Origin: Planctomycetota bacterium
GTDB lineage: Bacteria > Planctomycetota > B15-G4
DNA length: 64,000 nucleotides
NCBI GenBank assembly: GCA_029259745.1
Contig: JAJDEO010000048.1
Coordinates: forward strand, 111,024 to 175,023
Direction: 5' to 3'
Shown here: positions 27,844 to 37,149 of the stretch, one piece after another
How the letters are laid out: every line of letters begins with the position of its first letter
Position numbering within the stretch: the stretch's first letter is position 1
The notes under the pieces: model-generated
Told to the model about the DNA's origin: nothing
Seen by the model: only the letters and a program-made list of their open reading frames with translations
Database searches by the model: none
Program-made: the position numbers and the translations under genes

Positions 27844-29367
27844 ATGCCGCGACTCGTCCGCGCTCTCGCGCTCGCCTGTGCCCTTGTCGCCGCGCCCGCT
27901 GCCCATGCGACCTGGTCGATCATCATGGTCGACACGGAGACGGGCGAGGTCGCCATCGGTTCGGCCACGTGCCTGACGAGTTTCGACCTGGCGCGGCTGC
28001 TGCCCGTCGTCGTCGTGAACAAGGGGGCCGCAGCCGCGCAGAGCGCAATCGACAACGGTGCCATCAACCGCAAGAAGATCTGGGACCAGCTGTTCCTCTG
28101 CACGCCGGCCGGCGAGATCATCGACATCGCGAAGCAGGGCGATCCTTTCAAGGCGTCGCGGCAGTACGGCATCGTCGAGAACTCACCGACGGCCGCCGGC
28201 TTCACGGGCAACGCGGCGTTCGGCTACAAGGAAGACCGCCAGGGCACGGTGGGGAGCGTGACGTACTCGATCCAGGGCAACGTGCTCGCGGGCGTCGAAG
28301 TCATGGACGCCATGGAAGCCGCGATCGTCGGATCGAACGGCCCGCTCGCCGAGCGGCTGATGCTCACGATGGAGGCCGCGCGCCTGACGGGCGGGGACGG
28401 GCGCTGCTGGTGTTCCGAGAATCAACCGGCGTCATGTGAACCCGAGGACTTCGACCCAGACCTCGACAAGACAGCGCACATCGGCTTCATGATCGTTGCG
28501 CGCGCCGGCGACGAGGACGGCGTGTGCACAGCCGGTCAAGGCTGCGCGAACGGCGACTACTACATGCGCTTGAACGTGATCTTCCAGCCCGTCGACGCGC
28601 CCGACCCGGTCTTGCAGCTGCGCGACCAATACGACCAGTTCGTCCTCGCGCAGAGTGGCCACCCCGACGGCGTGACGTCGACGTTCGTGTTCGACGACGA
28701 CGAGGTCGTGGCGCAGGGCGGCGAACTGCGTACCTTCACCGTCACGGTGCGCGACATCGACGGCGCCGTGCTCGACGCGAACGCGCTAAGTGTCACGGTC
28801 GAGCACGCCGCGGGAAGCGCGGGGTCGGCGGTGATCGAGACGGTCGAGATGACGCCGGTCGGAGAGGTTGTCGTGACGTTGCGCGCCGGCGACGTCATCG
28901 GCACGGACGTCTTCGACGTGCGCGTCTCCGACGCTGCCGTGACGGCCACCGTCGCGCCGCAACCGACGCTCGCCAACGTCGCCTCGCTGAGCGTCGGCGA
29001 AGGAGCGTCCGTGACGGCGGGCGGCACCGTCGAGTTCGCGCTGCGCGGGCCTGATTCGCTGGCCGGCGGGGGCTACTTCCTCGCGCTGTCCGCCAGCGGT
29101 TCCGAACCCGGCGTCGTCCTGGCACCGGGGGTCGTGCTGCCGCTCGGCGTCGACCGCCTCTACATCCACACGATCGACCTCGCGGCGCTCGGCTACTTCG
29201 TCGGCAACCCGGGGCCGCTCGATGCAGACTCGCGAGCCGCGGTCGTGCTGCGCGTGCCGCCCGGTGACTTCGCCTTCTTGGCGGGCCTCGAGATCACGGC
29301 CGCCTGGGCGTTCTCCGGAACCGTTCCGTTCGCGTCGAACGCCGTGACCTTCGAGCTCCGCAGGTGA
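27844..29367 (+). CDS. Secreted DUF1028 (Ntn-hydrolase-like) protein with an Ig-like region and a C-terminal domain
   Basis: Signal peptide ending AHA, then TWSII; RQYGIV, QGNVLAG and GGDGRC motifs. Confidence 0.85.
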   Translation: MPRLVRALALACALVAAPAAHATWSIIMVDTETGEVAIGSATCLTSFDLARLLPVVVVNKGAAAAQSAIDNGAINRKKIWDQLFLCTPAGEIIDIAKQGDPFKASRQYGIVENSPTAAGFTGNAAFGYKEDRQGTVGSVTYSIQGNVLAGVEVMDAMEAAIVGSNGPLAERLMLTMEAARLTGGDGRCWCSENQPASCEPEDFDPDLDKTAHIGFMIVARAGDEDGVCTAGQGCANGDYYMRLNVIFQPVDAPDPVLQLRDQYDQFVLAQSGHPDGVTSTFVFDDDEVVAQGGELRTFTVTVRDIDGAVLDANALSVTVEHAAGSAGSAVIETVEMTPVGEVVVTLRAGDVIGTDVFDVRVSDAAVTATVAPQPTLANVASLSVGEGASVTAGGTVEFALRGPDSLAGGGYFLALSASGSEPGVVLAPGVVLPLGVDRLYIHTIDLAALGYFVGNPGPLDADSRAAVVLRVPPGDFAFLAGLEITAAWAFSGTVPFASNAVTFELRR

Positions 29368-29562
29368 ACGCGACGGATCACTCCCGCGAGCGTCGTCCGC
29401 GGTGCTCCGAGGCGTGCTCCGGAAGGCCGTGCCACCGCATTTCTACGTGACGTCGTTGTGAGACACGCCCGGCGGCGGCGGACGATTCGCGGGCATCAAG
29501 GCTCAGTTGGACCCCTCCGGGGGCCGAAAAGGAGACAGCCCTGTTTCCTCGGAGGTTGCCCC

Positions 29563-30975
29563 TTGAGCGCCCAAGACGACGATTTCGACGGTTTCCACGT
29601 CAACCCGCCCCCGCCGCCGTCCGCTGCCGACGAGGCGGCTTCGACGCCCTCCGCTCCGGAGAGCCGCGAGTCCGTCGAGGCCGTGGGGGAGAACGCGGAA
29701 CTGCCGAGCATGTCCGGTCTCGGGGATCCCGCGGTCGAGACGGCTGCGCTGACCGAGGAGATGTCGGGAGTGGGGCCCGGTGAGCCGGCGTCGGCACCGT
29801 CGGGCGACCTCTCGCCCAACGGCCTGCGGATGCAGCCCTGCTACACGTGGAAGGGTGAGAAGGTCGGCATCCTCGAGTTGCTGCGCCGCTTCAACCTCGA
29901 GGAGTACATGATCAACGGCATCAGCCGTCTGGCCGACCTCCACCTCAAGTGCAACGAGCCGGCGCATTACCGTCTCGACGGTGAGCTCATCCCGCTCGAG
30001 GACGCCGGCATTCTCGACAGCAAGACCGTCAAGGCGCTGATCTACCCGCTGCTCCGTCGCGACCAGATCGAAGACCTCGAGCGCGAGCTGCCCGTCGACG
30101 TCGACGCGGCGTTCCACCTCGAAGAAGAAGAGGGCATGAACTTCCGCATCAACGCCTTCTTCGATCGGGATGGCCTGGCGGCCGTCGTGCGCGCCCTGCC
30201 GCGCCATGTCCCGCCGATCGAGACGCTCGGGTTCCCGGATTTTCAGGTGCTCCAGGACATCCTCAAGATGCGTCAGGGGCTCGTGATCGTCAGTGGCATC
30301 ACGGGTTCGGGCAAGTCGACGACGATCGCGGCGATCCTCAAGGAGATCAACCGCACGCAGAAGCTGCGTATCATCACGCTCGAGGATCCTGTCGAGTACG
30401 TCATGCATGGCGACCAATGCCTGATCTCGCAACGCGAGGTCGGCGGACAGGCGGGCTCGTTCAAGGGCGGTCTGCGCTCGGCGCTGCGCGAGGATCCCGA
30501 CGTCATCTTCGTCGGCGAGATCCGCGATATCGAGACGGCGAGCCTGGCGCTCTCGGCCGCCGAAACCGGACACGTCGTCTTCACGACGCTGCACACCAAG
30601 GATGCCAAGGGCGTCGTCACGCGCATGGTCGACCTCTTCCCGGCCGAGCGCAGCAAGGAGATCCAGAGTCAGATGTCCTTCTCGATCAAGTACGTGATCG
30701 CGCAGAAGCTGTTGCCGCGAGCAAGCGGCAGCGGGCGCGTCGCGGCCTACGAGATCTTGCACAACGTGGCGTCGGTCTCGAACCTCATCCGTAGCGGCAA
30801 CTGGCACCAGATCTACGCGACGATGCAGCTCTCGGCGAAGGACAAGATGATCACGCTCGAGAAGCATCTCGAGAACATGGTGCGCGACGGCGTCATCACG
30901 GCCGAGCACGCCGTGCAGTACGCCAACGACCCCTCGCATCTCCAGGCCCTCACGGCGCCGTCGATGGCCGTCTGA
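29563..30975 (+). CDS. pilT: PilT/PilU family ATPase with an acidic N-terminal extension
   Basis: GITGSGKSTT, TLEDPVEY, LREDPDVIFVGEIRD and TLHT motifs; GGAGG RBS before the TTG start. Confidence 0.88.
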   Translation: MSAQDDDFDGFHVNPPPPPSAADEAASTPSAPESRESVEAVGENAELPSMSGLGDPAVETAALTEEMSGVGPGEPASAPSGDLSPNGLRMQPCYTWKGEKVGILELLRRFNLEEYMINGISRLADLHLKCNEPAHYRLDGELIPLEDAGILDSKTVKALIYPLLRRDQIEDLERELPVDVDAAFHLEEEEGMNFRINAFFDRDGLAAVVRALPRHVPPIETLGFPDFQVLQDILKMRQGLVIVSGITGSGKSTTIAAILKEINRTQKLRIITLEDPVEYVMHGDQCLISQREVGGQAGSFKGGLRSALREDPDVIFVGEIRDIETASLALSAAETGHVVFTTLHTKDAKGVVTRMVDLFPAERSKEIQSQMSFSIKYVIAQKLLPRASGSGRVAAYEILHNVASVSNLIRSGNWHQIYATMQLSAKDKMITLEKHLENMVRDGVITAEHAVQYANDPSHLQALTAPSMAV

Positions 30976-30984
30976 CGACGCGCG

Positions 30985-31722
30985 TCAGTGGATCTCTTCC
31001 TGGACGAGCTCGCCGATGTCCCAGTTGTCGACATCGCGACGTTCCATGCGTCCGCCGATGAAGACGCTGAGCAGCGCGAGGTAGAAGCCACCGATCAGCG
31101 ACACGACGACAACCGGCGGGATCGCGCCGACACCGCAGCGCTCGTAGAGCGTGGTGAGATCGGCCGTGGGCTCGGGGTGGATGTCGAGCTTGATGAGCCA
31201 CGCGACGAGGAGCACGGCGAAGATCGGCAGGTAGTTGCGTGCCAACCGCAGGCGTAGCGCCTGGAGCTTCGTGACGTGGAAGTGCGGCTCGTGCAGGTCG
31301 TTGGCGACGAGTCGACTCCACGCGGCGGTCGGCGACGTGAGTTGACGTTCGAGGATGGGCGCGAAGAAGTTCTCCTCGATCATCCGAATGCGTGAGCGCC
31401 AGACGTCGAAGAAGCGGAAGCGCCGCGCCTCGAGAAACATCAGGACGACGATCAGCAGGTTCGCGAACTGAAGGCTCAGGTGTGACGCTTCGCTGCTCCC
31501 GAACGCGAAACCGAGCGCGCTGGCTGTCGTCAGAACTGCCCAGTTCGTCGTCTGATCGAGGCGTAGCCGCCATGCGTTCGCCCGACTCACCTCGCCCCGA
31601 TAGAGGTGGATGACCGCTGTCACATACTGCGACCGCTCCAGTTGCTCTGTCTCATAGTCGACGCGTTCGTGTGGGAGTGCGGCCTCACCTCCCGAGGTCT
31701 GAGAGCGATGTGCGTTCGACAT
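30985..31722 (-). CDS. DUF2270 family membrane protein
   Basis: HLYRGEVSRANAWRLRLDQTTNWA and EARRFRFFDVWRSR motifs. Confidence 0.88.
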   Translation of the reverse strand: MSNAHRSQTSGGEAALPHERVDYETEQLERSQYVTAVIHLYRGEVSRANAWRLRLDQTTNWAVLTTASALGFAFGSSEASHLSLQFANLLIVVLMFLEARRFRFFDVWRSRIRMIEENFFAPILERQLTSPTAAWSRLVANDLHEPHFHVTKLQALRLRLARNYLPIFAVLLVAWLIKLDIHPEPTADLTTLYERCGVGAIPPVVVVSLIGGFYLALLSVFIGGRMERRDVDNWDIGELVQEEIH

Positions 31723-31843
31723 GTTCGGACGATCCGCTGGAGTGGAACTCGAAGACTGACTCACCCACCTGGCCAACCCGATGAAGACCCCGAAGAGCCT
31801 CGAGCCTCGCCTGGCATGGCCGAGAGCGTATAACGAAGCACCG

Positions 31844-33376
31844 ATGTGGGCACGTCTCAGACAGAACCATCTCGTGGTGCCGGTGCTGGTGCTGCTGCTT
31901 GGCATCGCCGTCGCGGTGTTCACCTGGTTGACGACCTCGAGGAACGAGGCGTTCCGGCGTGAGCTCGCCTTCGACGGCGTGGGGCAGCGTAACGCGCGTC
32001 GGATCACGGAAGCCGTCGAGGAACGCGCGGATCTGCTCCGGCAGGTGCGCGCGCTCTATGTCGCCGATGGTGATGTGGGGGAGGAGCGCTTTATGCGCTT
32101 CGTCGGCGAGCTCATGCTTACGGGGCGCACGAAATCGACTTCAGTCGTCATGTTCGCCGTGCCGCGCGAAGGCGGGATCTTTGCCGACGTGGTCATGCCG
32201 GCACGCGCCGCGACGCGCTGGTCCGGGGTCGACATGCTGGCCGACGTCGCGTTCGCGGATGCCCTCGAGCGGTCGCTGACGCGGGCCGACATCACGGCCT
32301 CGGCGCCGATCTCGACGGGGACGGGCGACGAGGACATGTTGACGCTGCTCGCCGTCCCGGTCTTCAAGCGCCCGGGCGCCGCACCGTCGGAGGCTCGCGG
32401 ATCGGAGGTCGTCGGTTACCTCGTCGCGATCGTCTCCGTCGACGCACTGCTCGACGACGCCTTCGCCGACATCCACGCCCTCGAAGATGTGCGTCACCAC
32501 GCCGTCTCCGTCACCGACGTGTCCGACACGTCTGCCGCCGTGCCCTTCGCGTCGTTCGGCGCCGAGGCGATCGACGCCACGCCGGCGACGCGCGAAGTCA
32601 TCCACGTCTTCGACCGCTCTTGGAGTGTCGACACCAAGCGCGTGACGGTCGACGAACAGACGATCAGCGACTTCCTCCAGCGTCCGTCCACGACGCTGTC
32701 GGCCTGCATCTTCCTCGTCGTCACGTTGTGCGCGCACATCGCCTATGCGTTGAACCGTCAGAGGGCGCTCGTGCAGAAGGAGGTCGAGTCGCGGACGTCC
32801 GAGTTGCGTCAGAAGAACCTGCTGCTCGAACGGCATGAGCGCGAGCTCGCAAAGGTCAACCTGAAGCTGCTCGAGCAGAGTCACACCGATCCACTCACGG
32901 AGCTGATGAACCGTCGCGGGTTCGAGGAACACCTCGAACAGGAGCGCCAGCGCACGGGGCGCACCGGAGTCCCGTACGGCCTGTTGATCTTCGACGTCGA
33001 CAACTTCAAGAGCTTCAACGATCACTACGGACACGTCGCCGGCGACGAGGTGCTCAAGCGCGTCGCACACATCATCTACGGCGAGGCGCGGCGCATCGAC
33101 TGCGTGGCACGCTTCGGTGGTGAGGAGTTCGTGATCCTGGCTTCCGCGACGGACGCCGTCGGCCTGCTCGCGCTCGGTGAGCGCGTGCGCGAGCGCATCC
33201 AGGAGGCGGCGATCCCGCACGTCAAGTCGCCGCTCGAGGTCGTGACCGTCAGTGGCGGGGGAGCGCTCTCGAAGGTGGACGCCGAGCACGACCCCAAGCC
33301 CGTGCTCGAGATCGCCGATCGCTGCCTGTACGAGGCGAAGGCGACGGGCAAGAACCGCGTCGTCATGCGCATGTAG
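31844..33376 (+). CDS. Diguanylate cyclase with a CHASE-type sensor
   Basis: Two TM helices flanking a periplasmic domain; DPLT, DVDNFKSFND and ARFGGEEF motifs; alternative start at 31781. Confidence 0.9.
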   Translation: MWARLRQNHLVVPVLVLLLGIAVAVFTWLTTSRNEAFRRELAFDGVGQRNARRITEAVEERADLLRQVRALYVADGDVGEERFMRFVGELMLTGRTKSTSVVMFAVPREGGIFADVVMPARAATRWSGVDMLADVAFADALERSLTRADITASAPISTGTGDEDMLTLLAVPVFKRPGAAPSEARGSEVVGYLVAIVSVDALLDDAFADIHALEDVRHHAVSVTDVSDTSAAVPFASFGAEAIDATPATREVIHVFDRSWSVDTKRVTVDEQTISDFLQRPSTTLSACIFLVVTLCAHIAYALNRQRALVQKEVESRTSELRQKNLLLERHERELAKVNLKLLEQSHTDPLTELMNRRGFEEHLEQERQRTGRTGVPYGLLIFDVDNFKSFNDHYGHVAGDEVLKRVAHIIYGEARRIDCVARFGGEEFVILASATDAVGLLALGERVRERIQEAAIPHVKSPLEVVTVSGGGALSKVDAEHDPKPVLEIADRCLYEAKATGKNRVVMRM

Positions 33377-33535
33377 CTCGGGGCGCAGCGGCGGCCGAGC
33401 AGGCTGAGACCGGCGTGCGCGACCTCGCCGCACCGTCGACGGCGGCCTTGGTCCCGAGTCGACGAGCGCAAGGATGGAATGCGCCTCGTCACGGGTTGTT
33501 ACGCTGCTCCGCGACCCCAACGGAGCTGCTCGCCC

Positions 33536-35692
33536 ATGTCTCGTTTGCCCCGCCGGCCGCTCGGCCGGATCCTCGCTGCCTGCTTGATCGTCACGCTGCT
33601 CGCCGGCTGCGCGCTGCTTGGCCCCACGCCTTCGTTCCCGGCGGTCGTCACGCCGCGCACTGCGACGGTGGAGCATGTCGACAGCTACCACGGCACGCAG
33701 GTTGCCGACCCTTATCGCTGGCTCGAAGACGATCGGTCCCCGGAGACCGCTGCATGGGTGGCGGCGCAGAACGCCGTGACGGAGTCGGTCCTCGCGGCGA
33801 TCCCCGTGCGCGACGAGCTGCAGGAACGACTCACCGAACTCTGGAACTACGAGCGACAGAGCGTGGCGCGACGCGTGGGCGCTGGCTACGTCTGGTCGCG
33901 CAACGACGGACTCCAGGCGCAGAGCGTCCTGGTCTATGGCAGCGAGCCCTATGGCGAGGCGCGCGTGCTCATCGACCCCAACGCATGGTCGTCCGACGGC
34001 ACCGTCGCGCTGGGCGGCTTCGTGGCGTCGCCGGATGGTCGCTACCTCGCGTACTCGACGTCCGAAGGCGGTTCCGACTGGCGGACGTGGCGGGTCAAGG
34101 ATGTGGCCACCGGCGTCGATCTCCCCGACGTGATCCGCTGGACGAAGTTCACGAGTGCGACGTGGTCGCCCGACGGTCAGGGCTTCTGGTACGGCGGATA
34201 CGCGGCACCGAGCGAGTCGGACACGCTCAAGGGTGCGAACACGAATCAGCGCGTGCTGTACCACCGCCTCGGCACCGACTCGGCGTACGACACGCCGGTC
34301 TTCGAAGACACGGCGAACCCCAATCGCATCTACTCGCTCGAAGTCACGCACGACGAGCGCTTCGTGCTGCTGTACTCGCGCCTCGGCTCGGCTTCGAAGT
34401 GGCTCCTGCACGTCAAGCAGCTCGACGTGCCGGGCGCGCGCTTCGTTGCCATCGACGACTCGGGCGACAACGACCTCGGGTATGTCGGCAATGACGGCGA
34501 CACGTTCTACTTCACGACGACGGCCGAGGCGCCGCGCCGACGTGTCGTTGCCGTCGATCGCAACGCGCCGGGTCCCTCGCGCTGGACGGACGTCATCGCC
34601 GAAGGGAACGACACGCTGCAGTCCGCGACGTTGTTCGGCGACACGCTCGTCCTGCTGCGCATGCGTGATGCGCGTCACATCGTCACGCTCGGCGACCTTT
34701 CCGGGGGACCGCAGCGCGAGGTCGTCCTGCCGGGCCTCGGACGCGTGTCGGGCCTGGGCGGCGAGCGCGACCACGCCGAGACATTCTTCGCGTACACGTC
34801 CTTCACGCAGCCACCGAGCTCCTACCGGCTCGACATCGCGTCAGGGCAGGTCGAGGAGCTCTGGCGCCCTGATGTCCCGTTCGATCCCGAGGACTTCGTG
34901 ACGACGCAGGTCTTTGCCTCGAGCGCCGTCGACGGAACCTCCGTTCCGCTGTTCCTCGTGCACAAGCGGGGTCTCGAACCGAACGGCGAGCGACCCGTCT
35001 ACCTCTATGGATACGGTGGTTTCAACGTCTCGATGACGCCGAGCTTCAGCGTCGCGCGCATCCCGTTTCTCGAGCACGGTGGTGTCTACGCCCACGCGGT
35101 GCTGCGCGGCGGCGGTGAGTACGGCGAGGAGTGGCACGCCGCGGGAACGCTGGAGCGCAAGCAGAACACCTTCGATGACTTCCATGGATGCGTCGACTGG
35201 TTGAAGTCGGCGGGTTGGAGTCGTTCGGACCGGATCGCGATCGGTGGGGGCAGCAACGGCGGGCTGCTCGTCGGTGCCGTCATGACGCAGCGGCCCGACT
35301 CGATCGCCTGCGCCGTGCCCGCCGTCGGCGTGTTGGACATGCTGCGGTACCACGAGTTCACGATCGGTTGGGCGTGGGCCGGCGACTACGGGCGGTCGGA
35401 CAACCCCGACCATTTCCCGTTCCTCTACGCCTACTCACCGTTGCACAACATCCGTCCAGGGACGGCCTACCCGGCGACGCTCATCATGACAGCCGACCAC
35501 GACGACCGCGTCGTGCCGGCGCACTCGTTCAAGTTCGCGGCAACGCTGCAGGCCGCGCAGACCGGGCCCGAGCCTGCGCTGATCCGCGTGGCGACGAAGT
35601 CCGGTCACGGAGCGGGAAAGTCGGTCGAGATGCGCATCGCGGAGGCCGCCGACAAGTGGGCATTCGTGCTGCGCGCACTGGAGCAGGAGTGA
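33536..35692 (+). CDS. Prolyl oligopeptidase (S9A), probable lipoprotein
   Basis: DPYRWLED, YGYGGF, GGSNGGLL, DHDDRV and KSGHG motifs; LAGC lipobox. Confidence 0.95.
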   Translation: MSRLPRRPLGRILAACLIVTLLAGCALLGPTPSFPAVVTPRTATVEHVDSYHGTQVADPYRWLEDDRSPETAAWVAAQNAVTESVLAAIPVRDELQERLTELWNYERQSVARRVGAGYVWSRNDGLQAQSVLVYGSEPYGEARVLIDPNAWSSDGTVALGGFVASPDGRYLAYSTSEGGSDWRTWRVKDVATGVDLPDVIRWTKFTSATWSPDGQGFWYGGYAAPSESDTLKGANTNQRVLYHRLGTDSAYDTPVFEDTANPNRIYSLEVTHDERFVLLYSRLGSASKWLLHVKQLDVPGARFVAIDDSGDNDLGYVGNDGDTFYFTTTAEAPRRRVVAVDRNAPGPSRWTDVIAEGNDTLQSATLFGDTLVLLRMRDARHIVTLGDLSGGPQREVVLPGLGRVSGLGGERDHAETFFAYTSFTQPPSSYRLDIASGQVEELWRPDVPFDPEDFVTTQVFASSAVDGTSVPLFLVHKRGLEPNGERPVYLYGYGGFNVSMTPSFSVARIPFLEHGGVYAHAVLRGGGEYGEEWHAAGTLERKQNTFDDFHGCVDWLKSAGWSRSDRIAIGGGSNGGLLVGAVMTQRPDSIACAVPAVGVLDMLRYHEFTIGWAWAGDYGRSDNPDHFPFLYAYSPLHNIRPGTAYPATLIMTADHDDRVVPAHSFKFAATLQAAQTGPEPALIRVATKSGHGAGKSVEMRIAEAADKWAFVLRALEQE

Positions 35693-36483
35693 TGGATCAC
35701 GATCTGAAGGGGCGCGTCGCGGTCATCACGGGGGCCTCAGCTGGCATCGGTGAGGCGACGGCCGAGCGCTTGGCTGCGCAGGGCATGGATCTCGTGCTCG
35801 GCGCGCGGCGCCTCGAACGTCTCGAGGAGATCGCGACGCGACTGCGCGAGGCGCACGGCGTTGCCGTCACGCCGGCTGTGCTGGATGTCTGCGACGCCGC
35901 GTCGTGCGATGCCTTCGCGCGCACGGTTGCCGACGTGGCGGCCGACAGGGGCGTCGAAGTGCTCGTCGGCAACGCCGGGCTCGCGCGCGGGGTCGCGCGT
36001 CTCGCGGAGGGCACGGCGGACGACGAACGTGACTGGGAGACGATGTTCGAGACGAACGTCATGGGGCTGCTGCGCGTCATCCGGCGCCTCGTTCCGGACA
36101 TGGTCGCGCGGCGGCGCGGCACGGTCGTCAACGTCGGCTCACTGGCCGGCATCGAGACGTACGAGGGCGGCGGCGTCTACTGCGCCACGAAGTCGTCCGT
36201 GCGCGTCATCTCGCGTGCGCTGCGTCTCGAACTCCTCGGCACGGGCGTGAAGGTGAGCTGCGTCAACCCCGGGCTCGTCGAGACGGAGTTCTCGATGGTG
36301 CGCTTCGAGGGCGACCAGGCCAAGGCCGACTCCGTCTATGCCGGGATGACGCCGCTGACGGGCGACGACATCGCCGCCTCGATCGAGTGGATCGCGTCGC
36401 TCCCGCGGCCGATGAACATCGAGGAGGTCACGCTCTACCCGACCGATCAGGTCTCGGCCCAGAAGGTCCATCGCTCGACCTGA
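35692..36483 (+). CDS. SDR family oxidoreductase (YdfG-like)
   Basis: TGASAGIG, NAG, YCATK and PGLVETEFS motifs; overlaps the upstream stop. Confidence 0.92.
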   Translation: MDHDLKGRVAVITGASAGIGEATAERLAAQGMDLVLGARRLERLEEIATRLREAHGVAVTPAVLDVCDAASCDAFARTVADVAADRGVEVLVGNAGLARGVARLAEGTADDERDWETMFETNVMGLLRVIRRLVPDMVARRRGTVVNVGSLAGIETYEGGGVYCATKSSVRVISRALRLELLGTGVKVSCVNPGLVETEFSMVRFEGDQAKADSVYAGMTPLTGDDIAASIEWIASLPRPMNIEEVTLYPTDQVSAQKVHRST

Positions 36484-36570
36484 CGTCGACTCGCGAAGAA
36501 TCGTGGAAATCGGTGTTAGCGCGGGGCCGCGGGGGGCGTATTCCCTCGTGAAACCCCGAAGAGGACGGGT

Positions 36571-37149
36571 TTGTTGACCGACACCACCCACGAGCCGCGA
36601 GGCCCCGAGATCGACGACGAGGAGGAACAGCTCCTGGCGCGCCTGCGTGCCGGCGACCGTTCCGCCTTCGAGGATCTCGTGGCGCCGCACGTCGCCGTCG
36701 CCCGGTCACTCGCCGTCCGCATGCTCGGGAACCTCGATGACTCGGAGGACGCCGTGCAAGACGCGATGCTCAAGGCCTACCGCGGGCTCGACTCGTTCCG
36801 AGGCGGCTTCCGGGCCTGGTTCCTGCGCATCGTCTACCACCAGTCCGTCGACGCCACGCGCCGCCGGAGCACGCGCAAGGGACACGAATCGCGCGCCGCT
36901 GTTTCGCCCGAGGCCAGCACGCAAACGGCCGGCGCCATCGAGCAGCGCGAGACGCTTGCTCGGGTGCGCGCCGCGATCGACACACTCCCCGCGCGTCAGC
37001 GCGCCGCGCTTCATCTCCGCGTGGTCGAGGGTCTTGCCTACAGGGCCATCGCCGAGGTGCTCGGCATCACGCCGGGGTCGGCGCGGGTCTACGTGGTGCG
37101 TGCGCGCAGCATCTTGCGCGACCGCGTCGGCGGGGAGGTGCCGGAATGA
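36571..37149 (+). CDS. ECF RNA polymerase sigma factor
   Basis: DSEDAVQDAMLKAY and FRAWFLRI; region 4 LAYRAIAEVLG. Confidence 0.92.
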   Translation: MLTDTTHEPRGPEIDDEEEQLLARLRAGDRSAFEDLVAPHVAVARSLAVRMLGNLDDSEDAVQDAMLKAYRGLDSFRGGFRAWFLRIVYHQSVDATRRRSTRKGHESRAAVSPEASTQTAGAIEQRETLARVRAAIDTLPARQRAALHLRVVEGLAYRAIAEVLGITPGSARVYVVRARSILRDRVGGEVPE

